NCBI GenBank assembly: GCA_039096225.1
Contig: JBBPEB010000029.1
Span: 248,001-312,000, forward strand
Reading direction: 5' to 3'
DNA length: 64,000 bases
DNA from: Blastocystis sp. Blastoise
Lineage: Eukaryota; Protista; Bigyra: Opalinata
The position numbers and the translations under genes were made by a program. Shown here in pieces: positions 31,001-41,307 of the stretch. Each line of letters opens with the position of its first letter. Positions within the stretch are counted from its first letter, which is position 1. The notes under the pieces were generated by a model. It was given only the letters and a program-made list of their open reading frames with translations, made no database searches and had not been told where the DNA came from.

Positions 31001-31410
31001 TATATAATATATAATATATAATATATAATATATAATATATAATATATAATATATAATATATAATATATAATATATAATATATAATATATAATATATAATA
31101 TATAATATATAATATATAATATATAATATATAATATATAATATATAATATATAATATATAATATATAATATATAATATATAATATATAATATATAATATA
31201 TAATAGATAATAGATAATAATATATAATATATAATAGATAATAGATAATAATATATAATATATAATATATAATAGATAATGAATAATAAATAATAATATA
31301 TAATAGATAATATATAATAATGAAAAAAAGAAAATAAAAGCCAAACTGTTATTATTTTATGCAGCCGCGGTCCGGTGCCGTTAGGCCCCGGACCTGCGGC
31401 GTGACCCTAG
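28072..31410 (+). mobile_element. Non-autonomous Helitron, copy 2
   Basis: A|TCATTACTATATATATGAG... to ...hairpin-GTGACCCTAG|T. Reverse complement of 22947-26037, differing mainly in the microsatellite. Confidence 0.85.
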
Positions 31411-31735
31411 TATTATATATTTTTATAATAGACTTTAATGATTTCAAGTTATTATTTCCTATAAATGTTATATCTATGATTGATGCTATGAATAAATGCT
31501 GTAAATGTCACTTAATTCCCTTTAATCTGTTGAAGTTGTCTATTATTTATGTAAAACTGTCGAAACTGTCACTTATGGCAGTTAGAATCTGAATTAATTA
31601 GCCAATAAAAATCATATTCATTTTCAATATTTATAGTAGTTCTAAAAGAATATTCTTATTTTCACCGTGAATATTTTTTGTTTTTAAAAATATATATTGC
31701 TTAAATATATCTTAATATTAGTTGTCATTTCAAAT

Positions 31736-32647
31736 ATAATAATTCTTCCGTTCTTCGAACTGCAGAAGGGGGTATGCAAACCCCGCATAGAGTCTGCGCG
31801 ACGCGCGCAGCCATAAGCGGGGAAGACATCCCCCCTTTTTGTTCTCGACGGAAGAATTAATAACATTTCTGAAGTAAAATAACCATGGGAGTGTAGGGTA
31901 GTGTGTGTGTGTATTTATTTTTTCCCATGTTTATTTATTTTTAATTTATTTGTGTTCCGATTCCAACGTGAAACGTAAAGTGATCAAGGAGAAACTCATA
32001 GTAATCATAAAAGAAATAAAATACACAGTCCAACCCTCCCTTTACAGGGAATATTCATGGAAAATGGCTCCATCGTTGGTAAAGTGAGTAAAATAATCAC
32101 GGGAATACAGAAAGAAATACGAAAAGAAGCACAGAATGTGCTAAATAAACACACACCCCGACCCTCCCTTTATATAGAGAAAAGATGAAATGGATGGTTC
32201 TATCTAAAAAGAAATAATAAGAATAATCACGGGAATATATAAAAATAAAAATGTATGTATAGTGATCAATAAATAATATAAAAAGTCATGATAATCATAA
32301 AAAAATTTATATAAAAAGAGTAAAGTGATCAAGGTATGTATTTATAGTGGGTGAAAGAAAAGCTGGTGGTGGTGTGGTCTTGTAAAAAGATGTACCCACC
32401 ACCACGACTATAACGAGAGACTTTTGGAAACAAGGGTAACCGTTATGGAAATAGGATGCGTCATCGTGAATTGTCCAATCAAATTGCTTAAAATTGTAAA
32501 AATGAGGGATTTTGGAACACAAAAACACAATTATTATGGGGAAACTGGGGAAACTAAATTGTGTTCCAGTGGTTTTAGGTGGCGGCATGTATATCAATTT
32601 TCTAGAATATTCTAGAACATTCTCGAAACTTCTAGAACATTCGAGAA
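31736..32647 (+). repeat. Left terminal inverted repeat (912 bp)
   Basis: Reverse complement of 56056-56967 with about ten differences seen by eye (substitutions plus two 1-nt indels). Confidence 0.95.
32600..32647. promoter_or_regulatory. Heat-shock-element-like array (10 alternating nTTCn/nGAAn units)
   Basis: TTCtaGAAtaTTCtaGAAcaTTCtcGAAacTTCtaGAAcaTTCgaGAA at the inner TIR edge, upstream of ORF 32694. Confidence 0.65.
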
Positions 32648-32693
32648 TAATAAATTGTATTATTCGTTTTTTCTATTTTTTATACTATATATT

Positions 32694-32861
32694 ATGGATT
32701 CTCCAAAGCAATTTGCTCCAGATTATAAAGAAGGTACTTGGAAACCTTATGGAAATTTTGAAGTTGATGAATTAAGTGATAGTGATTCTGATGTGGATAC
32801 TATTCAAACTGAAAGTGAAGATGATTATGAAGATTATATAAAAAATTTTATTGATTTTTAA
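32694..32861 (+). CDS. Small acidic viral protein (55 aa), unknown function
   Basis: ATG at 32694 after the HSE array; followed by a TTGTTTAGTT 3' motif at 32889. Confidence 0.55.
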   Translation: MDSPKQFAPDYKEGTWKPYGNFEVDELSDSDSDVDTIQTESEDDYEDYIKNFIDF

Positions 32862-32935
32862 ATTAACGTTTATAAATAACAAAGCAAATTGTTTAGTTTT
32901 TAAAAATAATAATAAATAAAACAAATTAAAATTAA

Positions 32936-34426
32936 CTAATGTTTTCTACGTTTATTTCTTAATTTTTTATTTTTTGAAATACGTCTTTTTCTACGTAATC
33001 CATTACCTTCTTCGAGATCATAAAATACCTCACCATCATCTTCATCAAATGATTGAAATTCATCGTCTTCTTTTTTATTTCTTTTATTTTTATTTTCAAG
33101 AGTGACATTTTCTACTGGATTAGGAATCGGGGCTACAGGTGTAATATTTGGAGTGAATTTATTCGTGATTGCTTGAGACATTGGAACAGTATCAGGTAAA
33201 GGAACAGTAGGATCATTCATAAGAGGAATTAAATTTGGAGGATTTGAATCTTCTATAGTAATATTATGAATATTTTCTAGAGTTAGAGTATCAGGGGTAG
33301 ATGAAGGAGTTGATATAACATTATTATTTGTTTCTGTTGGATTTTCTGTTTGTGGTATTTCTTCTTCTGGATTTCTACCATACCACCAATCAGAAAAACT
33401 ATTAAATACGTTCTTTGTACCACTAACAATAGAGTTTGCAACTTTTTTAACACCATTAACAATTGGTGTTCCTACATTTGTTGCAGTATTAACAACTTTA
33501 TTAACAAATGTAGGGTTTTCTGCATAGGGAATATAATTTTTATGAAATGTTGTTGCTTGATTATCTAAAGATACCTTTTTGTTAAGTCTTTGTTCTTTAG
33601 TATCATTGCCTGACATATGAGCAAATCTAAAATAGTTATCAGCTAATATTTTATTTTTTTTCTTAGCTTCATTATCATCAGTTAATTTCCAATTATCATA
33701 TAAATTATTTCTATCACTTACAAGTTTTCCTTTAATATCATTGAATCCTTCTTGTGGATCAACATTAATATCTCTCCACCAATTCTTGAGATCTTTGAAT
33801 TTATTTGCACCATAATCAACAGCATTACTTATTCCATGAGTGATGTTATTAATACCTCCAGTTAATTTATCAGACACATTGTATACATCACTTACAGTGT
33901 GATAAATATTAGAAAATAAATTACCACCTCTAGAATATAAATAACCATCACGATCTCTTCTAGTAAAATCAATAGCACTATCAATTGTACGAGGATTTAA
34001 TAATCTAGAATATTTAGCATAATCAGACATATGATTTTGTTTCATATAAGGTAAGACATAATCATGAGCATAAATGAGTTTTCTTGTGAAATTCTTCGGA
34101 ATTCTACCATCAGGTAATAGCCCAGATCCTTCATCTATTGGTTCACTTTCTTCTGATTCTTCTAATGAACTTTGTATAATATCTTGTCTGGTTTCTGACA
34201 GATATGAATAGAATGGATTTGACGTTGCTCTATTAACCATATTACTTTCTATTCGTTTAACAGCAGCTAAAGAATTAGGAGCAATAGAATAATTAATTGG
34301 ATGACGTTCTTCTCCATCAGGAATAGATCCTGGAACAATATAATTTCGATATTCATGACCAGTAGCACGATGATTTACGCCTACTAATCCTTTATTCGAA
34401 ACATTTAAACGAGCACTTTGTATCAT
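32936..34426 (-). CDS. Putative virion core/membrane-active precursor protein with basic C-terminal tail
   Basis: 496 aa; GxG/RGG candidate cleavage sites (EGSGLL, SRGGNL, EGNGLRRKRR), amphipathic segments ending in WW, Arg/Lys-rich terminus. Confidence 0.55.
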   Translation of the reverse strand: MIQSARLNVSNKGLVGVNHRATGHEYRNYIVPGSIPDGEERHPINYSIAPNSLAAVKRIESNMVNRATSNPFYSYLSETRQDIIQSSLEESEESEPIDEGSGLLPDGRIPKNFTRKLIYAHDYVLPYMKQNHMSDYAKYSRLLNPRTIDSAIDFTRRDRDGYLYSRGGNLFSNIYHTVSDVYNVSDKLTGGINNITHGISNAVDYGANKFKDLKNWWRDINVDPQEGFNDIKGKLVSDRNNLYDNWKLTDDNEAKKKNKILADNYFRFAHMSGNDTKEQRLNKKVSLDNQATTFHKNYIPYAENPTFVNKVVNTATNVGTPIVNGVKKVANSIVSGTKNVFNSFSDWWYGRNPEEEIPQTENPTETNNNVISTPSSTPDTLTLENIHNITIEDSNPPNLIPLMNDPTVPLPDTVPMSQAITNKFTPNITPVAPIPNPVENVTLENKNKRNKKEDDEFQSFDEDDGEVFYDLEEGNGLRRKRRISKNKKLRNKRRKH

Positions 34427-34509
34427 TTTATAAAATAATTATGAATTTTAAAACAAAACAAAAAAAAAGAAATTATTTATATTATATAGTTAGTATATTA
34501 ATAGTATCA

Positions 34510-35301
34510 TTAATTATTATGAGTATTTTTTAAATAATCGTCAATATTCATTGATTTATCATTAGCTTCAACAAATAATGTTTTATTTTTGTAGAATATA
34601 TTATTATTTCCAAAAACATCACTATTGGTGCATTCAATAGGTCCATCAGTATACCATTTGAATTTATACTTTCCATAAGTGGCGTTATAATATGTTTTTT
34701 CGTCGGTATCTTGTTGTAAATTCATATCGAATTCAAATTTCTTTGGAGTATTATCATCTTCTTTATCTGGTTTCTTTTCAGTTTCAGGTTTAGTTTCAGG
34801 CTCTTTAGATGGTTTCTTTTCGGGTTCAGGTTTAGGTTCTGGTTTTGGTTGTTCTTCAGTGAAATTAGAATTCATGGATTCTGGTTGTGGTTTCACTGTA
34901 TAGTCTTCATTAGGATTTCTTACAGTATGAATAAGTTTTTCATATTGATAGTTATTAGGATTACTAGCATCATACCATATCTTACTTGTAGTAGGAATAC
35001 CATAATTCGTTTGCCATTGAGATAACATGGATGTATATCTATTTGTATCACCATTAGCTTTAGCTGAATTCATAGTAGCTATAAACATATCTTCAGGTGA
35101 TTGACCATGATTTCTTAATGCTTGAACTGCCATTGAGCTATACATAGATCCTTGTGCATTAGGATCATGTGCTAATGGTTGTACAGGTTGTTCATCTTGA
35201 CAAATATATGAATTGGGTAACCATGGATCCCAAGATTGTTTTTTCTGATTTCTTGATAAAATATCATAGAGAGTTACACTATCTCCTAAATTACTTTGCA
35301 T
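34510..35301 (-). CDS. Hypothetical viral protein with a Pro/Glu/Lys-rich linker
   Basis: 263-aa intact ORF with PKPEPKPEPEKKP repeats; no family recognised. Confidence 0.6.
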   Translation of the reverse strand: MQSNLGDSVTLYDILSRNQKKQSWDPWLPNSYICQDEQPVQPLAHDPNAQGSMYSSMAVQALRNHGQSPEDMFIATMNSAKANGDTNRYTSMLSQWQTNYGIPTTSKIWYDASNPNNYQYEKLIHTVRNPNEDYTVKPQPESMNSNFTEEQPKPEPKPEPEKKPSKEPETKPETEKKPDKEDDNTPKKFEFDMNLQQDTDEKTYYNATYGKYKFKWYTDGPIECTNSDVFGNNNIFYKNKTLFVEANDKSMNIDDYLKNTHNN

Positions 35302-35377
35302 TATTTATTGTATTAATTTAAAAATAATTATATAACAAAACAAATAATTAATTATGAAATAATAAAAGTTAAAATAA

Positions 35378-36415
35378 TTAATTTAAATGGAATTTTTTTA
35401 AGAAGAATTGAACAAGATTAATAATTAAATTAGTAGTAGTATCAAAGGATGTAGAGTTGACAAGAGCACCACCGCAACGTTCAGCATTCTCTTTTGTAAC
35501 ACCACTTCCACTAGGATTTTTAAAATAGTTATCAGCAGTTTCTTTACGTTTCTTATCATCATCAGTAGTAATCATATTATAAGCGAAATCAATAGGGATA
35601 CCAAGAGAAGGATAATAGTATTTTAATGCATTCACTACAATAGGAACAATCGTTTTAATAGTTTTAATAGCAGTATTCGCAATAATAGAATGCTTTTGTT
35701 TTGGATCCATAGGATATTCTTTATCGATAACGACATTAACAATATCACGTACAGACACATGCTCATCATTTTTAGGTAATCGTTCTTTTATATCTTGTAA
35801 TTTCTTTCTATTAGACTTTATATTATTAGAACGAATAGCCTTCTTAGCAATAATTCTTATTTGAGGAGTTACGAATTTACTTGTTTTCTTTTCTTTTTCT
35901 CGGTGACTCCCATGTTCTTTACGATGTTTCTGATGCCTTCTATGTATACCTTGACCAAATATATCATCATAATTTTCATCTTCAAGATTTGCATTATTAT
36001 AATCTTTATCATCATCAGCCATCATTTTTCTTGTTATTCTCTTTGGTTGATAAGTAGCATCATCATTATATAATTCATCATCTCTATTAGCATCTTCAAT
36101 ATGTTCTTCAAATTGTCTTTTCTTGTCTTCTTTTGCTTTTTCTTGACGTTTATTTTCTTTTCTTTTCTGATAATAATTATATCCAGCAATAGCTCCTAAT
36201 GTACCTAAGGCAGGAATAGCATAAGAAACACCATTTTTAACACTATTCCACATAGCATCTTTAGCTTGTTGAGCAACAAGTTCTTCAAAACCAGTTCCTC
36301 CATATCTTACATAACGTTTATGATAAAGATCACGTCTATTTGATTTTGGTGGTGATCCTCCAAATAATCGTGGATCACAATTTTGTTTTAAATATCTTTT
36401 TGTAATTGAACTCAT
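35378..36415 (-). CDS. Putative basic core precursor protein with a hydrophobic segment
   Basis: 345 aa; LFGGS, RYGGTG, FGQGIHRRH, SGSGV and RCGGAL motifs; hydrophobic AIPALGTLGAIAGY stretch. Confidence 0.55.
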   Translation of the reverse strand: MSSITKRYLKQNCDPRLFGGSPPKSNRRDLYHKRYVRYGGTGFEELVAQQAKDAMWNSVKNGVSYAIPALGTLGAIAGYNYYQKRKENKRQEKAKEDKKRQFEEHIEDANRDDELYNDDATYQPKRITRKMMADDDKDYNNANLEDENYDDIFGQGIHRRHQKHRKEHGSHREKEKKTSKFVTPQIRIIAKKAIRSNNIKSNRKKLQDIKERLPKNDEHVSVRDIVNVVIDKEYPMDPKQKHSIIANTAIKTIKTIVPIVVNALKYYYPSLGIPIDFAYNMITTDDDKKRKETADNYFKNPSGSGVTKENAERCGGALVNSTSFDTTTNLIINLVQFFLKKFHLN

Positions 36416-36470
36416 AACAAAACAATAAAATAATTATGGTTTATTTAACAAATTAAAATATAAAAAAAAA

Positions 36471-37508
36471 TTAATGAAAAGATGGATAACCAGAATAATG
36501 TTTTTTATTTAAATAAGGATTGAAAATGCGTCGTTGACTATCTTGTATGATTTGATCTTGTATGATTTGTAAGATGGATTCTTTAGGTTTATCTTTTTCA
36601 TCTCGTTCAATACCTTTCAATGAGACTTCTTCTTCAATAGGTAAAAACTTCTTCATTTTCTTTTCATATGTAGATACATGTTCATTAGGACGTTTAATAC
36701 CACTACCTGATACTTCACCTTGTTCTTCTCGTTTCTCTTTTTCACTATCTTCTTCTGTCCATTTCCTTTTCTTTACCATCTTATATACATTCTGTTTACT
36801 ACCACAATCAGGATTAGTCCATATTGTTAAATCATCACTACCTTGTTTTAACATAAAGAATTGATGTGGATCATTCATTAATTCTTCATCTGTAAGAATT
36901 TCATTTAGATTTGATGGCATAATCTTTAATTTATCTGGTAAGAATCCAGGATCACGTTTTAAGATTTGACTATTAATAAAGAAATGAGATACTTGACTTA
37001 ATATAGATTGATTGGTAACATCTGTATGACTTTGAAGACATATAATAGCATTCTGTTTATAATGACGACCTTTAGATAATATAGATACAATCAATTGTTT
37101 GGTTTGTCTAGATAATGGATAGATATCATCCAATACAATAAAATTATGTTCTGGTAATTTATATGTATTGACTAATTCATCAACAGTCTTAATCTTTTTA
37201 AATTTATCATCTACAGAATCATACCATTTATAATCAATTCCAGCATGTTCACAAATATCTTGAAAGGATGTATAACATTCATTCTTATTGGATGCATCAG
37301 GACAAATTACTGTGACTTGTTTATATTTATTTTTAAGATCCATAGAACATAAGAGGTTCACAGTTAAGAAAGATTTTCCTGAGAATGTTCTTGCAATAAT
37401 CAATATGAATTTTGATTCATATGTTTTATGATGGGATTTTCCATATTTAAATTCTAAGACTCCACATCCTTTACGTGTTTCTTTTAATGGATTTATTTTA
37501 TTCACCAT
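36471..37508 (-). CDS. A32/FtsK-HerA family genome-packaging ATPase
   Basis: Walker A ILIIARTFSGKS, Walker B FIVLDD, A32-type KGRHYKQNAIICLQ. Confidence 0.9.
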   Translation of the reverse strand: MVNKINPLKETRKGCGVLEFKYGKSHHKTYESKFILIIARTFSGKSFLTVNLLCSMDLKNKYKQVTVICPDASNKNECYTSFQDICEHAGIDYKWYDSVDDKFKKIKTVDELVNTYKLPEHNFIVLDDIYPLSRQTKQLIVSILSKGRHYKQNAIICLQSHTDVTNQSILSQVSHFFINSQILKRDPGFLPDKLKIMPSNLNEILTDEELMNDPHQFFMLKQGSDDLTIWTNPDCGSKQNVYKMVKKRKWTEEDSEKEKREEQGEVSGSGIKRPNEHVSTYEKKMKKFLPIEEEVSLKGIERDEKDKPKESILQIIQDQIIQDSQRRIFNPYLNKKHYSGYPSFH

Positions 37509-37577
37509 TTTTATATGATTTTAATCAACAAAACAAAAAATAATTAATGATAAGTTAAAGATAAATAAATGATTTTA

Positions 37578-38249
37578 TTAAGATGCAGTAAAGTATATAT
37601 AAAGATTTGTATTCGATAAATCAATTGGATTATTTAATTGATCATATACTTCCCATTGGATATCTGTATATTTACCATCAATACATGGAATAGATAAATC
37701 ACTTAAAGCAAATGTATTATCAAATCCTTGTTTAGCATATAAAGGAATAGAAATCAAATCATTATCTTTATTAATAATATCACAATACACACGTAACATA
37801 TAGATCTTATACCATGAAATATTTTTGGAAATATAATCATCATTATAGGTAATACATGATTCTCTTCTAAAATATTCGTCAGAAAATCCTAAATAATTAA
37901 AGAAAGTATAATTATTAAGACTTTTTCTGAATTCACTATACGTACCAAATACTTTCATATCTTTATCATAAAAAAATGCACTCGTTTTTCCAGATTCATA
38001 TATAGTCATAGTTTTACCTAATTCAATTAATTCTTCTAAGAATTCTTCCAGAGTATAATTACCAGCTGGAAATGTATGTACTGTTGCATTATTTTCAGTT
38101 ATTCTGAAAGATGGAATATTAATGATATCACTTGTATTCACTAATGTATTGATATGAGTAATATTTTTACCTACTAAATCCAAAGTATAATTGAATTGTT
38201 CATGACAGATTTGACTTGTAATTTTACTTAGATGAGATATTGATGTCAT
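37578..38249 (-). CDS. Minor capsid (penton, single jelly-roll) protein
   Basis: Pattern FPAGNYTLEEF..YLGFS..LRVYCDII..LISIPL..IQWEVYDQLNNPIDL, typical of Polinton/PLV minor capsid proteins; lies between the ATPase and MCP. Confidence 0.7.
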   Translation of the reverse strand: MTSISHLSKITSQICHEQFNYTLDLVGKNITHINTLVNTSDIINIPSFRITENNATVHTFPAGNYTLEEFLEELIELGKTMTIYESGKTSAFFYDKDMKVFGTYSEFRKSLNNYTFFNYLGFSDEYFRRESCITYNDDYISKNISWYKIYMLRVYCDIINKDNDLISIPLYAKQGFDNTFALSDLSIPCIDGKYTDIQWEVYDQLNNPIDLSNTNLYIYFTAS

Positions 38250-38345
38250 TTTTATTAAATGAATTAATTATGAAATTATAAACAAAACAATATTTTTAAG
38301 ATTAATATAAAGTTGATACAAATAAGAAAATATTATATAATTAAA

Positions 38346-39569
38346 TTAATTGGTTGCACCATCTCTAACAAATTTAACAAATATAAAATGAGCATATAAA
38401 GTATAAGTACCACTAGTAATATTTCCACCATTATATTCAGTTAATAAGGAGATATTAACTTCACAACCACTACGAGTATTGACATCAACAACACTTGAAA
38501 TAGGGAATATATAAATAGGTTGTTCATACCACTTTTCACCGTTTAAAGGAGATTGAGGATGACTATTACATCTCCAAGTATTATAAAGCATAGCATTAGG
38601 AATAATTTGTGATGGATTAGTTGTTTTATATGTAGTAGGGAAGTCCGTCTTAGGTAAGATATTTTGACCACCAATTTGGAATTGACACATCTTCAATAAT
38701 TCAGTCTTAATAGGAATCATACTCTTCTCTTGAGTTGTAAAATATAGCATACAGTAATCAGGTACGAAAACAACACTTCTATTGGATAAGAATTGTTGTG
38801 GAGTTGGTTTACCTGCTGTTGAGAATGTTTCTGTATAAACAGGTGTAGTAAATGCAGATATTTGACAATTATTAGGAATACATTTAATTAAAGCACGTGG
38901 ATCATTACCAAAATTAATATCATAAATTTGTTGAAGATGAATATAAACACGATCAAAAGTTAATGCAGTGATTTTAGTCGTACCTGTAAATAGATTCTTT
39001 AAATAATTTGTAACGAATTGCATCTTCAAAGATTTTACTTTAATAGCACAATCAAATGTACCAAGACCAGTAATAAGAGATAAAGGAATAATAACTTGAG
39101 CTTTAGTAGAACTTTGCATTCCAGCAATACTACTTAATGTTGTATTATATAAGCATTCTGTCATACTATACATAGATTTATCAATTTCATCTTTACTTAA
39201 TTCTTTAATAGTAACAAATTTTCTTGCTTTACTGGATTCAATAGAAGATTCAGAATAATTAATAAGAATATCTTGACCCGTAGGAGATACAAACGTAAGA
39301 TCTGTAGTAATTTTATCAATAATACTATAGATATTAGAATGTTGTACAACAGAACTAGTTGTAGCTGCATTTGTTGTAATATTGAAATTCAGTTCTAAGA
39401 ATGAATTACTGAAATCAATAAAAGGACTATCGACTGAATTATATAAGAATTCAAATGGATAAGGTTGATTTAATAAATCTTGACTTGTAGAAACTAGAAT
39501 AGGAATTTGTACAGGTTTAATAGTTTGATTTGCCTTTGAAGGTAAGAATTGTCTTGGGAATCCTTCCAT
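38346..39569 (-). CDS. Major capsid protein 1 (double jelly-roll)
   Basis: 407 aa, beta-rich. N-terminal FEFLYNSVDSPFIDFSNSFLELNFNIT..NIYSIID resembles Polinton/PLV MCP starts; second-roll VPDYCMLYF..PIYIFPI. Confidence 0.7.
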   Translation of the reverse strand: MEGFPRQFLPSKANQTIKPVQIPILVSTSQDLLNQPYPFEFLYNSVDSPFIDFSNSFLELNFNITTNAATTSSVVQHSNIYSIIDKITTDLTFVSPTGQDILINYSESSIESSKARKFVTIKELSKDEIDKSMYSMTECLYNTTLSSIAGMQSSTKAQVIIPLSLITGLGTFDCAIKVKSLKMQFVTNYLKNLFTGTTKITALTFDRVYIHLQQIYDINFGNDPRALIKCIPNNCQISAFTTPVYTETFSTAGKPTPQQFLSNRSVVFVPDYCMLYFTTQEKSMIPIKTELLKMCQFQIGGQNILPKTDFPTTYKTTNPSQIIPNAMLYNTWRCNSHPQSPLNGEKWYEQPIYIFPISSVVDVNTRSGCEVNISLLTEYNGGNITSGTYTLYAHFIFVKFVRDGATN

Positions 39570-39739
39570 GTTAATAATTATTGTTTATGTATTTTTTAAA
39601 TAAAAAATAAAATAATAATGATATTTTATAATTATAAAATTATTTGAAATTCATAACAAAACAAATGATTGGAATATAGAATAGAATAGAATTAATTAAA
39701 CAAGTTAACGTTAAGAATAGTAAGTAAGAAATATTAAAT

Positions 39740-41212
39740 TTAAATATCACGTACACTACGTACAGCAATCATATGTAATGTATAAGGATGCTTCTCATTT
39801 AGTTCAGTATTAATATGTTTATAAATACCAGCATGAGATGCTACACTATAAGAAGCACCAGTATCCGGTGTCCATATTTTAGTAGTTTCATTATATGTAC
39901 ATGTATATCCATCAGGAACAGTGGATGAATTAGCATGACCATATTCAATATCATGAACATCTAGATTACAATCAAAATTCATTTCTATACCACTATCTGA
40001 TTGGATATTCATTAATGCTTTAGTTGGAATAATATAAATAGGATGTTTAATCCATTCATCATATTTAAGAATAGTTTCAGGATTTGAATTATCAGCCCAT
40101 AAACAATATAAATTTTTATTAGGACAAGATAAACTAGCAGTTTCTTCATTATTGAAGACATGACCTTTAGTAGTAAGATTATGATAATACATTTGAGTAG
40201 GGAATTCAGTTTGAGGGAACATTTGAACATCACCAATCAAACAACTTTGATATTTAGGCCATACAGATGGACTAGCTACATTACTAATAGTTGTTGAACT
40301 ATAACCATTTGTAAACCAGTATAATATATATTCAGGTATAAATGGTAAAGCTCTATTGATATTGAAATGATCACTAGTTATTCTTGTATTTTGATAATCG
40401 ACTTGAATACATGTAGGTATAGTTTTATATAATTCATTCGTTTGAAATTGAATATCTTTATATGTCATTAAATTCATAGTAGCTGATTCCAATTCAAATG
40501 TCTTAAACCATTTTTCATCAGTTAGATGTAACCATTGTGTTGATAGATCTTTACCACCATTCTTGAAATAAATACTCATATTATTATCAATTAAGGATTC
40601 AATAGTACTAGTTCTAAATAACATATTGAAATGTTTAGTTAATATTAATGAATCTCCATCAACACCTAAACCACTAATAAGATATAAAGGAATAGCAATA
40701 TGAATAGATTCATTTGGATGTGCACGTATATAACGAATAGAATTCAATTCATAAGTATCTGCAGATAAATCTTCACCATACATAGATTTTTCTAAATCAT
40801 TCTTACTGATATCTTTTAATAATATCATTTTACGACCACGTGAAGCATGTGTACAATTTTCTTCATATTTCAAAGCACGATCAGATCCATCAGGTAATGT
40901 ATAAACCATTTCAACATCAGTGGAATCAATAATAGAATAAATATTAGCTTTCTGAACTAATTGATCCAAGAAATATTGACATAATTGATCATAAGTGAAA
41001 CTAACAGAAGTACCTGTTTCATCTAAATAAACAGAAACTGGTCCTTTTTTATCTGTAACAGTTGCTTTGACAGTAAGATCCAAATAGGATTGATTGAAAT
41101 TGATATAAGTATTATCCACATTAGTCCAATGATATTGAAAGATATAAGGACTTGATAGAATATCAGTATCACTTTGAATAGGAATATTATCTTTAATTCT
41201 TAAGATTCTCAT
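39740..41212 (-). CDS. Major capsid protein 2 (paralogue of MCP1 with insertions)
   Basis: Shares YINFNQSYLDL, NIYSIID, KSMY, IPLYLISGLG, IPEYILYWF, IGDVQMFPQTEFPT and PIYIIP blocks with 38346-39569. Confidence 0.7.
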   Translation of the reverse strand: MRILRIKDNIPIQSDTDILSSPYIFQYHWTNVDNTYINFNQSYLDLTVKATVTDKKGPVSVYLDETGTSVSFTYDQLCQYFLDQLVQKANIYSIIDSTDVEMVYTLPDGSDRALKYEENCTHASRGRKMILLKDISKNDLEKSMYGEDLSADTYELNSIRYIRAHPNESIHIAIPLYLISGLGVDGDSLILTKHFNMLFRTSTIESLIDNNMSIYFKNGGKDLSTQWLHLTDEKWFKTFELESATMNLMTYKDIQFQTNELYKTIPTCIQVDYQNTRITSDHFNINRALPFIPEYILYWFTNGYSSTTISNVASPSVWPKYQSCLIGDVQMFPQTEFPTQMYYHNLTTKGHVFNNEETASLSCPNKNLYCLWADNSNPETILKYDEWIKHPIYIIPTKALMNIQSDSGIEMNFDCNLDVHDIEYGHANSSTVPDGYTCTYNETTKIWTPDTGASYSVASHAGIYKHINTELNEKHPYTLHMIAVRSVRDI

Positions 41213-41307
41213 ATTTCTTTTAATTTTAAATAAAATATTAATAAATAAATAAAATTAAATAATTTTTATAAATTAATATAAATTATAATTTAATAAAATT
41301 AGAAAAT

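Larger units (their letters stand above)
26538..31490 (+). pseudogene. Disrupted close paralogue of the 425-4226 BTB-like gene
   Basis: 26538-27290 is highly similar to 425-1190, with the first intron acceptor changed AG>AA. It is interrupted at 27321 by Helitron sequence. A fragment at ~31431-31490 (FKLLFPINVISMID) matches ~2235-2300 of the intact gene. Confidence 0.7.

Noticed and set aside
23013-31344. Long ORFs 23013-23603, 27388-28089 and 30511-31344 (ILYIIYY repeats)
   Set aside because: They are translations of a stop-free 7-bp microsatellite in the Helitron, not genes.
27301-31420. Treating 27322-31410 as a TIR transposon with TSD TATTATATAT
   Set aside because: The left copy is not adjacent to the element end and the sequence is low-complexity; the ends are Helitron 3' termini.
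31684-32775. Short ORFs within the TIRs (and mirror copies at 56051-57065)
   Set aside because: Mostly non-ATG starts, frames differ between the two TIRs because of indels, and no recognisable motifs.
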